Of a DNA stretch of 64,000 nt, positions 54,950 through 64,000 are shown in pieces. The stretch's first letter is position 1. Each line of letters starts with the position of its first letter. The stretch spans positions 39,961-103,960 of the forward strand of contig JABAZK010000163.1 in NCBI GenBank assembly GCA_018608485.1, given 5' to 3'. Below the pieces are notes generated by a model. That model ran no database searches. It was not told the origin of the DNA and saw only the letters and a list, made by a program, of their open reading frames with translations. The DNA comes from Flavobacteriaceae bacterium (GTDB lineage Bacteria > Bacteroidota > Bacteroidia > Flavobacteriales > Flavobacteriaceae). Both the position numbers and the translations under genes were made by a program.

Positions 54950-55834
54950 TTATTTAAAAGCTGTTACGATCCTATCATTTCCAAAAATATCTTTTTTTAA
55001 TTGAATATTTTTAAACCCTTTTTCTGCTAATAATTTGATAGTTTCTTTTCCTAAATATTGATTGATTTCAAAGTGTAGTTGGCCATTTTTAGTTAAAAAG
55101 TTCTTAGCTAATTCGGCTATTTTATTATAAAATAAAAGTGGATTTTTGTTATCTACAAATAAAGCTAGATGTGGCTCGTTATTTAATACATTATTTTTCA
55201 TCTCTTTTTTTTCCAGTTCTCTTACGTAAGGTGGATTAGAAACAATCACATCATAAAGTTTGTCTAAATTATTAGTTTTTAAAATATCTAGATGTATAAA
55301 ATTGATGTCTACCTTATTTAGAAGGGCATTTTTCTTTGCAATACGAAGTGCTTCGTTAGAAACATCTATAGCACTTATTTTTGAGCTAGGAAGCTCTTTT
55401 TTTAAGGAAATAGCGATGCATCCACTTCCAGTCCCAATATCTAGTATTTTTAATTGCTTTTCATTTTTGGTTTCATTTGAATCAGTCTTATAAGTTTTTA
55501 TGAGGGAAACTTCTTTTATAACCCGTTCAACAAGTTCTTCAGTTTCAGGTCTTGGGATTAGCACCTCTTTATTTATGTTAAAGGGTAATCCAAAAAACTC
55601 AGTTTTTTCAATAATATATTGTATGGGTATTTCTTGCTCTAATTGTTTAGTTGCAATCTGCATTAGATTAAGTGACTTTTGATCAATATGAAAATCAGAT
55701 TTTAATACAATATCTATTCTCTTAAAACCCATGTACTCTTCTAATATTATAAAGAAAAAGGAATCTATTTCTGAAGTAGGGTAAAGATGTTTAAGAGATT
55801 CGTTAAAATGTGCTCTATATTGTTTTATTGTCAT
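54950..55834 (-). CDS. prmC: Release factor glutamine methyltransferase
   Basis: VLIPRPETEELV, LDIGTGSGCIA and SNPPY. Confidence 0.96.
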   Translation of the reverse strand: MTIKQYRAHFNESLKHLYPTSEIDSFFFIILEEYMGFKRIDIVLKSDFHIDQKSLNLMQIATKQLEQEIPIQYIIEKTEFFGLPFNINKEVLIPRPETEELVERVIKEVSLIKTYKTDSNETKNEKQLKILDIGTGSGCIAISLKKELPSSKISAIDVSNEALRIAKKNALLNKVDINFIHLDILKTNNLDKLYDVIVSNPPYVRELEKKEMKNNVLNNEPHLALFVDNKNPLLFYNKIAELAKNFLTKNGQLHFEINQYLGKETIKLLAEKGFKNIQLKKDIFGNDRIVTAFK

Positions 55835-56322
55835 AATTTTCTAATCATCCAAACATCACAGGAATAATGACACGTGTTCCCCATAGGAGCATTGATTTGT
55901 TTAAAGCCATTCTTCTTATATAATTTTTGAGCTGCCGTCATATAAGGCATGGTTTCTAGGTAGCATTGTTTAAAACCAAACTCTTTGGCCTTAACCATAC
56001 ATTTCTCAATAATTTGTGCTCCTAATCCTTTCCCTCTGATATCGTTTAAAAAATACATTTTTTGCAATTCGCAGGTATCTTCATCAAAACCATCTAGTTG
56101 AGAAACTCCACCACCTCCTAGTACAACCCCATTTGATTCTACAACAAAGTAAATAGACTTGTCTTTCTGGTAAGTTGTATGCATATCCTCCAAAGCTTCA
56201 TCCTCATAAGCTGTACCTACTTTAGGTGCTCCCATTTCTAAAATAACGTCTTGAACAATGGTTTTTACTTGATCATTGTCACGAGGTTCTATTTCTCTTA
56301 TGATATAATCTGTATTTGTCAT
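55831..56322 (-). CDS. GNAT N-acetyltransferase
   Basis: ELQKMYF, RGKGLG and AQKLYKKNGF. Confidence 0.92.
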   Translation of the reverse strand: MTNTDYIIREIEPRDNDQVKTIVQDVILEMGAPKVGTAYEDEALEDMHTTYQKDKSIYFVVESNGVVLGGGGVSQLDGFDEDTCELQKMYFLNDIRGKGLGAQIIEKCMVKAKEFGFKQCYLETMPYMTAAQKLYKKNGFKQINAPMGNTCHYSCDVWMIRKL

Positions 56323-56360
56323 TTAATCCTTTATTTTTGCTTTACAAAGTTACTTTATTT

Positions 56361-57395
56361 TTGAATCACGAATACTACATAAAAAGATGTCTTGAGATTT
56401 CTAAACAAGGAATTGGTACAACTAGACCAAATCCTTCTGTTGGTGCGGTATTAGTAGTTGATGATAAAATTATAGGAGAGGGTTTTACAAGTCCTTATGG
56501 TGGTAATCATGCTGAGGTAAATGCAATTTCTTCTGTAAAAAATGATGAAGATTTAAAAAAAGCAACGATGTATGTGACTTTAGAACCCTGTTCCCATTAT
56601 GGAAAAACTCCACCATGTGCAGATTTAATTGTTAAAAGCGGGATTAAAAAAGTAGTGATTGGATGTTTAGATGTAAATGAAATAGTGGCGGGTAGAGGAA
56701 TTGAAAGACTCCAAAATGAAGGTTGTGAGGTAGTTGTTGGTGTTTTAGAAAATGAATGTAAAGCTCATCACAAAAGATTTTTTACATTCCATTCAAAAAA
56801 GAGGCCCTATATTATTTTAAAATGGGCACAAACCCAAGATGGTTTTATTGCTCCTAATAATAGAGCGAAGCAAGCTCCTGTTTGGATCACCCAAAAAGTA
56901 TCTAGGCAATTAGTTCATAAATGGAGAAGTGAAGAGCATTCAATTTTAGTGGGTACTACAACTATTTTAGATGACAATCCAAGTTTAGATGTTCGAAGTT
57001 GGAGTGGAGAAAACCCTCTGAGAATAGTTATTGATAAAGATTTGACAATACCCAAAGATTTAAAGGTTTATGATGGTTCAGTTAAAACAATCTTTATAAA
57101 TCAAAAAATTACTACCAACAATGAAAACCTTTTTTTTGAAAAAATAAACTTTTCTAAACCCATTGCTCTTGAAATCTGTAAAGTGCTTTTTAAACACAAA
57201 GTTCAATCATTAATAGTAGAAGGAGGAGGAAAAACTATCCAAACTTTTATTGATGAAAACTTATGGGATGAAGCTAGGGTTTTTTCTGGCTTGGTAAATT
57301 TTAAAGAGGGGACAAAAGCTCCGATACTAAAGGGTCCTTTTTTAAATGAAGAAAACCTTATGGGTGACAGTCTAAAAACTTATATCAATGATTAA
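56361..57395 (+). CDS. ribD: Bifunctional riboflavin biosynthesis deaminase/reductase
   Basis: PNPSVG, HAE, EPCSHYGKTPPC and VEGG. Start taken at TTG 56361, downstream of promoter TATTTTTG at 56332-56339. Confidence 0.95.
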   Translation: MNHEYYIKRCLEISKQGIGTTRPNPSVGAVLVVDDKIIGEGFTSPYGGNHAEVNAISSVKNDEDLKKATMYVTLEPCSHYGKTPPCADLIVKSGIKKVVIGCLDVNEIVAGRGIERLQNEGCEVVVGVLENECKAHHKRFFTFHSKKRPYIILKWAQTQDGFIAPNNRAKQAPVWITQKVSRQLVHKWRSEEHSILVGTTTILDDNPSLDVRSWSGENPLRIVIDKDLTIPKDLKVYDGSVKTIFINQKITTNNENLFFEKINFSKPIALEICKVLFKHKVQSLIVEGGGKTIQTFIDENLWDEARVFSGLVNFKEGTKAPILKGPFLNEENLMGDSLKTYIND

Positions 57396-57999
57396 AAATA
57401 TAGTCTTTGATTTTGGAGATGTATTTATAAATCTAGATAAGGAAGCTACTTTTAGGAGATTAAAAGAATTAGGTGTAAAAGAATTTACTGATGAACTATT
57501 GAAATTAGGTAAACAATATGAAATGGGGATAATAACTACACAAGAGTTTGTGAAAACATTTAAAACCTTGTTTCCCTCCATTTCAGAAATAGATTTTAAA
57601 AATGCATGGAATTCTATGTTGTTAGATTTTCCTCCTCACAGATTGAGCTTTTTAAAAGTACTAGCCAATTCAAAAAAATATCGAATCTTTTTGTTGAGTA
57701 ACACAAATGATCTACATATTTCTTGGATTCAAAAAACTTGGGGTCGAAAATTATTTTCAGAATTTAAAAACTGTTTTGAGAAATTTTATTTGTCTCATGA
57801 AATACATCTGAGAAAACCGAATAAAGATATTTATGAATTTGTAATTGAATCAAATAAATTAATACCTGAAGAAACTTTCTTTGTAGACGATACTGAAGAG
57901 AATACAATCATAGCCAACAGTCTTGGTATTAAAAGTTGGAATTTAAATCCAAATTCAGAGGATGTTGTAGATTTGTTTTCCAAAAAAGAATTTAATTAA
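57388..57999 (+). CDS. HAD-superfamily phosphatase
   Basis: FDFGDV, LSNT, KP and FVDD motifs. Confidence 0.92.
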   Translation: MIKNIVFDFGDVFINLDKEATFRRLKELGVKEFTDELLKLGKQYEMGIITTQEFVKTFKTLFPSISEIDFKNAWNSMLLDFPPHRLSFLKVLANSKKYRIFLLSNTNDLHISWIQKTWGRKLFSEFKNCFEKFYLSHEIHLRKPNKDIYEFVIESNKLIPEETFFVDDTEENTIIANSLGIKSWNLNPNSEDVVDLFSKKEFN

Positions 58000-58871
58000 T
58001 GGTTTACTTACTCATTAGTATTTGTATTTCAAGTTTTTTATTTGTCATTTTTAAATTATTTGATGTTTTAAAAATTAACACGTTTCAGGCAATTGTCGTA
58101 AACTATTTCACAGCTGCTGTGTTGGGTTTTTTCTTGTCAAATAATTTGGTTTCTTTCCAAGAAATACCAGATCAACCGTGGTTTTTTGGGGCATTTTTAT
58201 TAGGAATTATGTTTATTCTTGTGTTTAATGTCATGGCTTTGACTTCTCAAAAAAATGGGTTATCGGTAGCATCTGTTTCTAGTAAAATGTCTGTTGTTAT
58301 TGCTATTGTATTTGGAGTCTGGTATTACCAGGAAAGTCTGAGTTTTATAAAAGTTATTGGTATTTTACTGGCACTTATAGCTGTTTATTTGACTTCATCT
58401 AAAGAAAAAAATGGAATAGCTCAAAAAAATAAGGATTTCTTATTTCCAATACTTTTATTTTTTGGTTCAGGTGCTATTGATACTAGCTTAAAGTATGTAG
58501 AAACATCATTTGTTGCAGAAGGAGGAGTGCCTTTATTTTCCGCCACAATTTTTGGATGTGCCTTTATTTTGGGTGTTATTGCTTTGTTATATCAAAAAGC
58601 TAAAGGGACATTAAGTTTTGAGCTCAAATCTATTTTTGGCGGAATTTTATTAGGAGTACCCAACTATTTTTCTATTGTATATTTACTCAAGGCATTAAGT
58701 ACAGAAGGAATGGAGAGTTCTACGGCTTTTACTTTAAACAACGTTGGGATTGTTATTTTGTCAACTCTTTTTGGCTTGTTTATTTTTAATGAAAAATTAA
58801 TAAATAAAAATTGGGTTGGAATTGGTATTGCCGTAGTTAGTATCATATTAATTATGTCTGTTAATGGATGA
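57999..58871 (+). CDS. DMT/EamA-family transporter
   Basis: Ten hydrophobic helices in two repeats. Confidence 0.85.
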   Translation: MVYLLISICISSFLFVIFKLFDVLKINTFQAIVVNYFTAAVLGFFLSNNLVSFQEIPDQPWFFGAFLLGIMFILVFNVMALTSQKNGLSVASVSSKMSVVIAIVFGVWYYQESLSFIKVIGILLALIAVYLTSSKEKNGIAQKNKDFLFPILLFFGSGAIDTSLKYVETSFVAEGGVPLFSATIFGCAFILGVIALLYQKAKGTLSFELKSIFGGILLGVPNYFSIVYLLKALSTEGMESSTAFTLNNVGIVILSTLFGLFIFNEKLINKNWVGIGIAVVSIILIMSVNG

Positions 58872-59472
58872 TTTATACAAGACCATTACTAAACCTTCAA
58901 TAGAGACCTTATTTAAAGATAGAAATAGTAAATTTTATGGGTATGCATTTCCAGTGACTGAGGAAGCCTCTGTAAAAGATTTTTTGGAGTTTTTGAGAAA
59001 GAAGCATCATACTGCTCGTCATTTTTGTTATGCATGGCAATTAGGAACAGAATCTGTTAGATTTAGAGCAAATGATGATGGTGAACCTAGTAATTCAGCA
59101 GGAATGCCAATTTATGGTCAAATTCAATCATTTGAGGTAACCAATATTTTGGTTGTCTCTGTTCGGTATTTTGGTGGAACTAAATTAGGTGTAGGTGGTT
59201 TAATTAATGCCTACAAAGCTTCTGCAAGATTAACTTTAGAATCTTCAGCTATTGAGGAGAAGACAATTGATGAGTCATTTCAACTCAATTTTCAATATGA
59301 CTTAATGAGTAAAGTATTGAGAATTCTCAAAGAAAATTCAATTACAATTAAACGTCAAAAACTTGAGATGGATTGTGAAATGATAATAGCAGTAAGAAAA
59401 TCACACACACAAAAAATAGTTAAAATTTTTGAGACTTTATACAAGGTAGAAATCAAACAATTAAATGTTTAA
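58864..59472 (+). CDS. IMPACT/YigZ family protein
   Basis: SKF, ARHFCYAW, DDGEPSNSAG and RYFGGTKLG. Confidence 0.95.
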   Translation: MDDLYKTITKPSIETLFKDRNSKFYGYAFPVTEEASVKDFLEFLRKKHHTARHFCYAWQLGTESVRFRANDDGEPSNSAGMPIYGQIQSFEVTNILVVSVRYFGGTKLGVGGLINAYKASARLTLESSAIEEKTIDESFQLNFQYDLMSKVLRILKENSITIKRQKLEMDCEMIIAVRKSHTQKIVKIFETLYKVEIKQLNV

Positions 59473-59859
59473 CTTTTCTAAGATATAATCAGGGCATCTT
59501 AGGGGCTTGTTTGTTTTCATGTCCATAAAAGCTAAAACGGAGTTTCCTGTTGATATTTTTTCTTTTTTTTGATTATAAATTTCATAGTCAAATTCTATTT
59601 TTACCAAAGGTTTTTTTTTAAGAATGACAATAATTGTTAAAACATCATCATATTTAGCAGATTTTATGAAATTAAAAAACAAACTTATAACTGGAAGCAT
59701 GATGCCTTTATTTTCCAATTCTTTATAGGTAACTCCTAGGTTTCTTAGCCATTCGGTTCTGGCAATTTCAAAATATGAGGCATAATTTCCATGATAAACT
59801 ACCCCCATCTGATCTGTTTCACCATAACGAACACGAACATTTGTAGAGAATTTTTTCAA
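59461..59859 (-). CDS. Acyl-CoA thioesterase (YbgC/4HBT family)
   Basis: RVRYGETDQMGVVYHGNY motif. Confidence 0.94.
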   Translation of the reverse strand: MKKFSTNVRVRYGETDQMGVVYHGNYASYFEIARTEWLRNLGVTYKELENKGIMLPVISLFFNFIKSAKYDDVLTIIVILKKKPLVKIEFDYEIYNQKKEKISTGNSVLAFMDMKTNKPLRCPDYILEKLNI

Positions 59860-59940
59860 ATTTTTTAATTTTACAACAAAGCTAGTCTACGTAAAAAATA
59901 ATTAATAATCAATAGCAATTTGATTTTTTTATACTGTTTT

Positions 59941-59949
59941 TTATTCACA
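59941..59949 (+). promoter_or_regulatory. DnaA box in the dnaA promoter
   Basis: TTATTCACA matches TTATNCACA and overlaps a -7-like CACATTTG at 59948-59955. Confidence 0.7.
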
Positions 59950-60025
59950 CATTTGTAATGTTTATTAAAGTAGACAATCCCCTAGTTAAAATATCAACTA
60001 AACAAAGAAATTTCTATACGAATTT

Positions 60026-61453
60026 ATGACTAAAACTGCTGTTTCGGTTTGGGATAAATGTTTATCATTTATTAAGGATAATATTAAGCCACAGGCATAC
60101 AAAACTTGGTTTGATCCAATTAAGCCTGTGAAGCTATCAGCTGAAGCCTTAACCATCCAAGTTCCGAGCAAGTTTTTTTATGAATGGTTAGAAGAACATT
60201 ATATCAAACTTTTAAGAGTAGCCCTTGTTAGAGAATTAGGTAAAGACGCAAAATTAATTTATGATGTTCGTATGGAAAATACCTACAGCAGTAACCGTCC
60301 TCAGATTGTTAAAATTCCCAGTTCAAATAGAGATCCATTAAAGCCTCAAAAAATATCTGTTCCAGTTGAAGTTAACAAGCGAGAGCTCAGAAACCCTTTT
60401 GTGATTCCAGGATTGCAAAAAGTAAAAATAGAATCTCAGTTAAATGCAAACTACAATTTTAAAAATTTTGTGGAGGGTGATTCCAACAGATTAGCACGTT
60501 CTGCTGGAATGGCAGTTGCTAACAAGCCAGGAGGGACCTCTTTTAATCCACTACTAATATATGGTGGTGTTGGCTTAGGAAAAACACATTTAGCTCACGC
60601 TATTGGTGTAGATATTAAAGATAAATATCCAGATAAGACGGTTTTATATATATCATCTGAAAAATTTACACAACAATTTATAGATTCTGTTAAATCAAAT
60701 ACTAGAAATGATTTTATCCATTTCTATCAAATGGTTGATGTTTTACTTATAGATGATGTGCAGTTTCTCTCTGGAAAAGCTGGTACTCAGGATGTATTCT
60801 TTCATATATTTAATCATCTGCATCAAAATGGTAAACAAGTAATTTTGACCTCGGATAAGGCTCCTGTAGACATGCAAGATATAGAACAACGTCTCCTGTC
60901 TAGATTTAAGTGGGGATTATCAGCAGAATTACAGTTACCAGATTTCGAAACTAGAATTTCTATCCTCCAAAATAAATTATTTAGAGATGGAGTAGAAATG
61001 CAAGAGGAAATTGTTGAGTATATTGCAAAAAATATTAAATCAAATGTAAGAGAGTTAGAGGGTGTTATAATTTCCATGATAGCTCAGGCATCTTTCAATA
61101 GAAGAGAGTTCTCCTTAGAGCTTGCAAAACAAATTGTAGATAAATTTGTTAAGAATACTAAAAAAGAAGTTTCTATCGATTACATTCAGAAAGTAGTTTC
61201 TAAATATTTTGACATGGATGTTGTAACTCTTCAATCCAAAACTAGGAAAAGACATATAGTCCAAGCCCGTCAACTGGCTATGTATTTTGCTAAAAGGATG
61301 ACAAAGACTTCTTTGGCTAGCATAGGTTCGCAAATTGGACAAAGAGACCACGCTACGGTCTTACATGCTTGTAAAACTGTTGATAATTTAACTGAGACAG
61401 ACAAACAATTCAGAAAATATGTTGAAGACTTAACTAAAAAGTTAACTTTTTAA
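60026..61453 (+). CDS. dnaA: Chromosomal replication initiator DnaA
   Basis: FNPLLIYGGVGLGKTHL, LLIDDVQF, NVRELEG and RDHATVLHA. Confidence 0.99.
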   Translation: MTKTAVSVWDKCLSFIKDNIKPQAYKTWFDPIKPVKLSAEALTIQVPSKFFYEWLEEHYIKLLRVALVRELGKDAKLIYDVRMENTYSSNRPQIVKIPSSNRDPLKPQKISVPVEVNKRELRNPFVIPGLQKVKIESQLNANYNFKNFVEGDSNRLARSAGMAVANKPGGTSFNPLLIYGGVGLGKTHLAHAIGVDIKDKYPDKTVLYISSEKFTQQFIDSVKSNTRNDFIHFYQMVDVLLIDDVQFLSGKAGTQDVFFHIFNHLHQNGKQVILTSDKAPVDMQDIEQRLLSRFKWGLSAELQLPDFETRISILQNKLFRDGVEMQEEIVEYIAKNIKSNVRELEGVIISMIAQASFNRREFSLELAKQIVDKFVKNTKKEVSIDYIQKVVSKYFDMDVVTLQSKTRKRHIVQARQLAMYFAKRMTKTSLASIGSQIGQRDHATVLHACKTVDNLTETDKQFRKYVEDLTKKLTF

Positions 61454-61492
61454 AAAATTTTTCAAATCGCTTTGTTTTTTTAATTTCATTTG

Positions 61493-61945
61493 ATGAAAAA
61501 GATACTAATGGTCTGTTTAGGAAATATCTGCAGGTCACCATTGGCAGAAGGAATTCTTAAATCTAGACTAGATCCTAATTTATTTTATGTAGATTCAGCC
61601 GGAACTGCGGCATATCATGTTGGAGAAAAACCAGATAATAGGTCTATTTTGACTGCCAAAAGACATGGAATTGATATTTCAAATCAGAGAGCCCGAAAAT
61701 TTATAAAATCAGATTTTATTAATTTTGACGTTATTTATGCAATGGATAAAGAAAACTTTCACGATATTATTTCATTAGCAAAAGATGACTTTCAACAAAG
61801 GAAGGTTAAGTTACTATTAAATGAAAGTAAATTATTTTCAAATAAGAGTGTGCCAGATCCTTACTATGGGGGTGATGACGGTTTTGAAGATGTCTATCAA
61901 ATGTTAGATCAAGCTTGTGAAATGATTGAAAAAAAATATTTATGA
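61493..61945 (+). CDS. Low molecular weight protein-tyrosine phosphatase
   Basis: VCLGNICRSP and DPYY. Confidence 0.96.
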   Translation: MKKILMVCLGNICRSPLAEGILKSRLDPNLFYVDSAGTAAYHVGEKPDNRSILTAKRHGIDISNQRARKFIKSDFINFDVIYAMDKENFHDIISLAKDDFQQRKVKLLLNESKLFSNKSVPDPYYGGDDGFEDVYQMLDQACEMIEKKYL

Positions 61946-62646
61946 AAGGAAACTTATATCTAATACCCACTACCTTAGGAGATAATGAACCTCTAGAAGT
62001 TATGCCTTATTCTGTTAAGACGATAGTGGAAATGGTTGACCACTTTATTGTTGAAAATGAAAAATCTGCTAGAAGATTCATAAAAAAAATCACACCAAAA
62101 AAATCACAACCCTCTCTAACTATTATGAAGTTAGACAAATATGCAGTAGAATTGGAAACTCAAACCTTTCTTAATGTTTGTGATCAAGGTATTTCTGTTG
62201 GCTTGCTTTCTGAAGCAGGAGTTCCAGCTGTTGCTGATCCAGGTGCTACAATAGTTAAACTAGCACATGAAAAAGGAATAAAAGTAGTCCCTTTAGTAGG
62301 GCCTTCATCCATATTAATGGCTTTAATGTCATCTGGACTTAATGGTCAAAATTTTGCTTTCAATGGATATTTACCAATTGATAATTCTGAAAGAAAAAAG
62401 TCAATTAAAGAATTAGAAAAATTGTCAAAGGATAAAAATCAATCTCAAATTTTTATTGAAACACCATACAGAAATGATAAAATGTTTACTGATTTAAAAT
62501 CTACACTCACTCCAGGGACTTCATTGTGTATAGCAGTAGATATCAGTTTACCTAGTGAATACATTAAGACATATAGTGTCTCAGAGTGGAAAAGAATGTC
62601 TCCATCACTTCATAAAAGACCAGCAATTTTTATTATTCAGAAGTAG
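61942..62646 (+). CDS. RsmI-like tetrapyrrole-methylase family SAM methyltransferase
   Basis: LYLIPTTLG, SEAGVPAVADPG, GPSS and FIETPYRN. Confidence 0.9.
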   Translation: MKGNLYLIPTTLGDNEPLEVMPYSVKTIVEMVDHFIVENEKSARRFIKKITPKKSQPSLTIMKLDKYAVELETQTFLNVCDQGISVGLLSEAGVPAVADPGATIVKLAHEKGIKVVPLVGPSSILMALMSSGLNGQNFAFNGYLPIDNSERKKSIKELEKLSKDKNQSQIFIETPYRNDKMFTDLKSTLTPGTSLCIAVDISLPSEYIKTYSVSEWKRMSPSLHKRPAIFIIQK

Positions 62647-62651
62647 ATAAA

Positions 62652-63242
62652 TTAGACACTAGCTTTTCTATCTCCAACAATAAAAGAAACATCATATCCT
62701 GCAAAAATTTCCATGTATGATGCTATTGAAGTTCCGTAGGCATCTGAAAGGTTTCTAGAACCACTACTTCTGAGATATTTCTTTACATTTCCTGCACCGC
62801 TTAAATGAGCCGCTGCTAAAATTCCGGATTCAGTTATTTTAATGCCATTTATTATCTTGCCAACACTTCTTTTAATATCTTTTCTAAGAATCCATTTATT
62901 TACTTTACAATAGGCGATGAATACTTTTTCTTGTAATTCTGGATCTTTTAAAAATGAGTTGGTGTTGTAAATATTAAACCTCTCAAGAGTGTATCTTCCA
63001 AATTGATACTTACCAAGGTATCCCAAAGTATTTACAGAACTATATTTTCCTTGTGATTCTTTAAAAGCTAATGCTTCTTTAAAGCCAACAAAATTTTTCT
63101 GTAAAAACAGTATTGATAACGGGTTGTTGGAGTCTAAGACAACTGTTTCAGGGGTTACAATTTCTTTTGATGTTTTTGGGTTCTTAACAGCATTAGTTAA
63201 TCCAAAAAATAAAAAAAATATAAATATAAACTTCTTAATAAT
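62652..63242 (-). CDS. Secreted lysozyme-like-fold protein (start uncertain, possibly ATT at 63242)
   Basis: FKEALAFKES...YLGKYQFG and ILAAAHLSGAG. The track's TTG at 63269 lies inside promoter element TATCTTTG (63274-63267). Confidence 0.75.
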   Translation of the reverse strand: MIKKFIFIFFLFFGLTNAVKNPKTSKEIVTPETVVLDSNNPLSILFLQKNFVGFKEALAFKESQGKYSSVNTLGYLGKYQFGRYTLERFNIYNTNSFLKDPELQEKVFIAYCKVNKWILRKDIKRSVGKIINGIKITESGILAAAHLSGAGNVKKYLRSSGSRNLSDAYGTSIASYMEIFAGYDVSFIVGDRKASV

Positions 63243-63482
63243 AGTATTATTTCTGTTTAGCGAGCGCAAAGATACAACTTAATTTATAATAAGTTGATTT
63301 TCAAGTAATTTAGGTATTTTGAAAATACAAATAATAGAAATTAACTTCTTTTTTACTATAAAATTCTAAGGTAGGTGCTGTTATTTTTATGAAATTAATT
63401 ACAGAAAACGCAGATTGTAAAATTTTTCATTGTAGCTATAAATAATATTTAATAAAATTAGAGGGTAATATTTTTTCCTACA

Positions 63483-64000
63483 CTATCTGTTAACTCCTTT
63501 TTTATTTAACCACCGTTGATATTTTACTGCATTGTTATTGTGCTTCTTTAGTGTGCTTGCAAATTCATGATATCCAACATTTGTTACACTCGCACACATG
63601 TACAAGTAATTGTGTTTTTGAAAGTTTAAAACTGCGTTGATTGACGATATATCAGGCATAGATATAAGGTTGGGTGGTAATCCTCTATTTAAATAAGTAT
63701 TAAAAGGAGATGGAATTTTCAAATCTTTAAGTAAAACTCTTTTAACTTGAAATTTTTCACCATTTTCCTTTTTTAAAACATAAATAATAGTAGGATCTGC
63801 TTGAAGAGGAATGTTTTTTTTGAGTCTGTTTAAGTATAGTCCAGCTACAATAGGTCTCTCAGATACTTTAGCTGTTTCTTTTTGAACTATAGAAGCTAGT
63901 GTCATGATTTGTGATGGTGACATATTTATTTGAGCAGCTTTTTGTAAACGATCTTTGTTCCAGAATTTTCTAAATTCTTTAAGCATATTTGTTCTAAATT
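63483..64000 (-). CDS. mltG: Endolytic transglycosylase MltG (3' part, truncated by the window edge)
   Basis: LASIVQKET, NRLKKNIPLQADPT, SPFNTYLNRGLPP and YLYMCA. Confidence 0.95.
   Translation of the reverse strand, partial: FRTNMLKEFRKFWNKDRLQKAAQINMSPSQIMTLASIVQKETAKVSERPIVAGLYLNRLKKNIPLQADPTIIYVLKKENGEKFQVKRVLLKDLKIPSPFNTYLNRGLPPNLISMPDISSINAVLNFQKHNYLYMCASVTNVGYHEFASTLKKHNNNAVKYQRWLNKKGVNR

Noticed and set aside
63287-63299. Match to the IHF consensus WATCAANNNNTTR on the minus strand
   Set aside because: A degenerate AT-rich motif expected by chance at this base composition, with no supporting context.

Overview
AT-rich chromosomal window from a Flavobacteriaceae (Bacteroidota) genome. 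The assignment rests on TAnnTTTG promoters, a monomeric icd, dnaA without an adjacent dnaN, and Flavobacteria-typical gene neighbourhoods. It is almost all core or housekeeping genes: pdhA/pdhC, a PadR-PspC-GIN operon, tsaD, tamB, pfkA-gap, lptD, amidase-mlaD-Fe-S pair, menA/C/E, fadH, ettA, murQ, icd, rplS, trmD, prmC, ribD, dnaA and mltG. I saw no rRNA, tRNA, CRISPR array, transposase or prophage. The strongest unexplained signal is a ~420-nt ORF-poor transcription unit on the minus strand between rplS and icd (49360-49782). It has a textbook Bacteroidota promoter, its own terminator, four GAAA-capped hairpins and long-range helices whose G-U pairs work only on the minus strand, so it is a candidate large structured ncRNA that I cannot assign to a known family. 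Other points: a receiver-less, possibly chimeric LuxR gene; probable non-AUG starts (tamB and a lysozyme-like gene); probable leaderless mRNAs; two small membrane ORFs missing from the ORF track; and several operator-like palindromes. All calls come from reading by eye; no searches were run.
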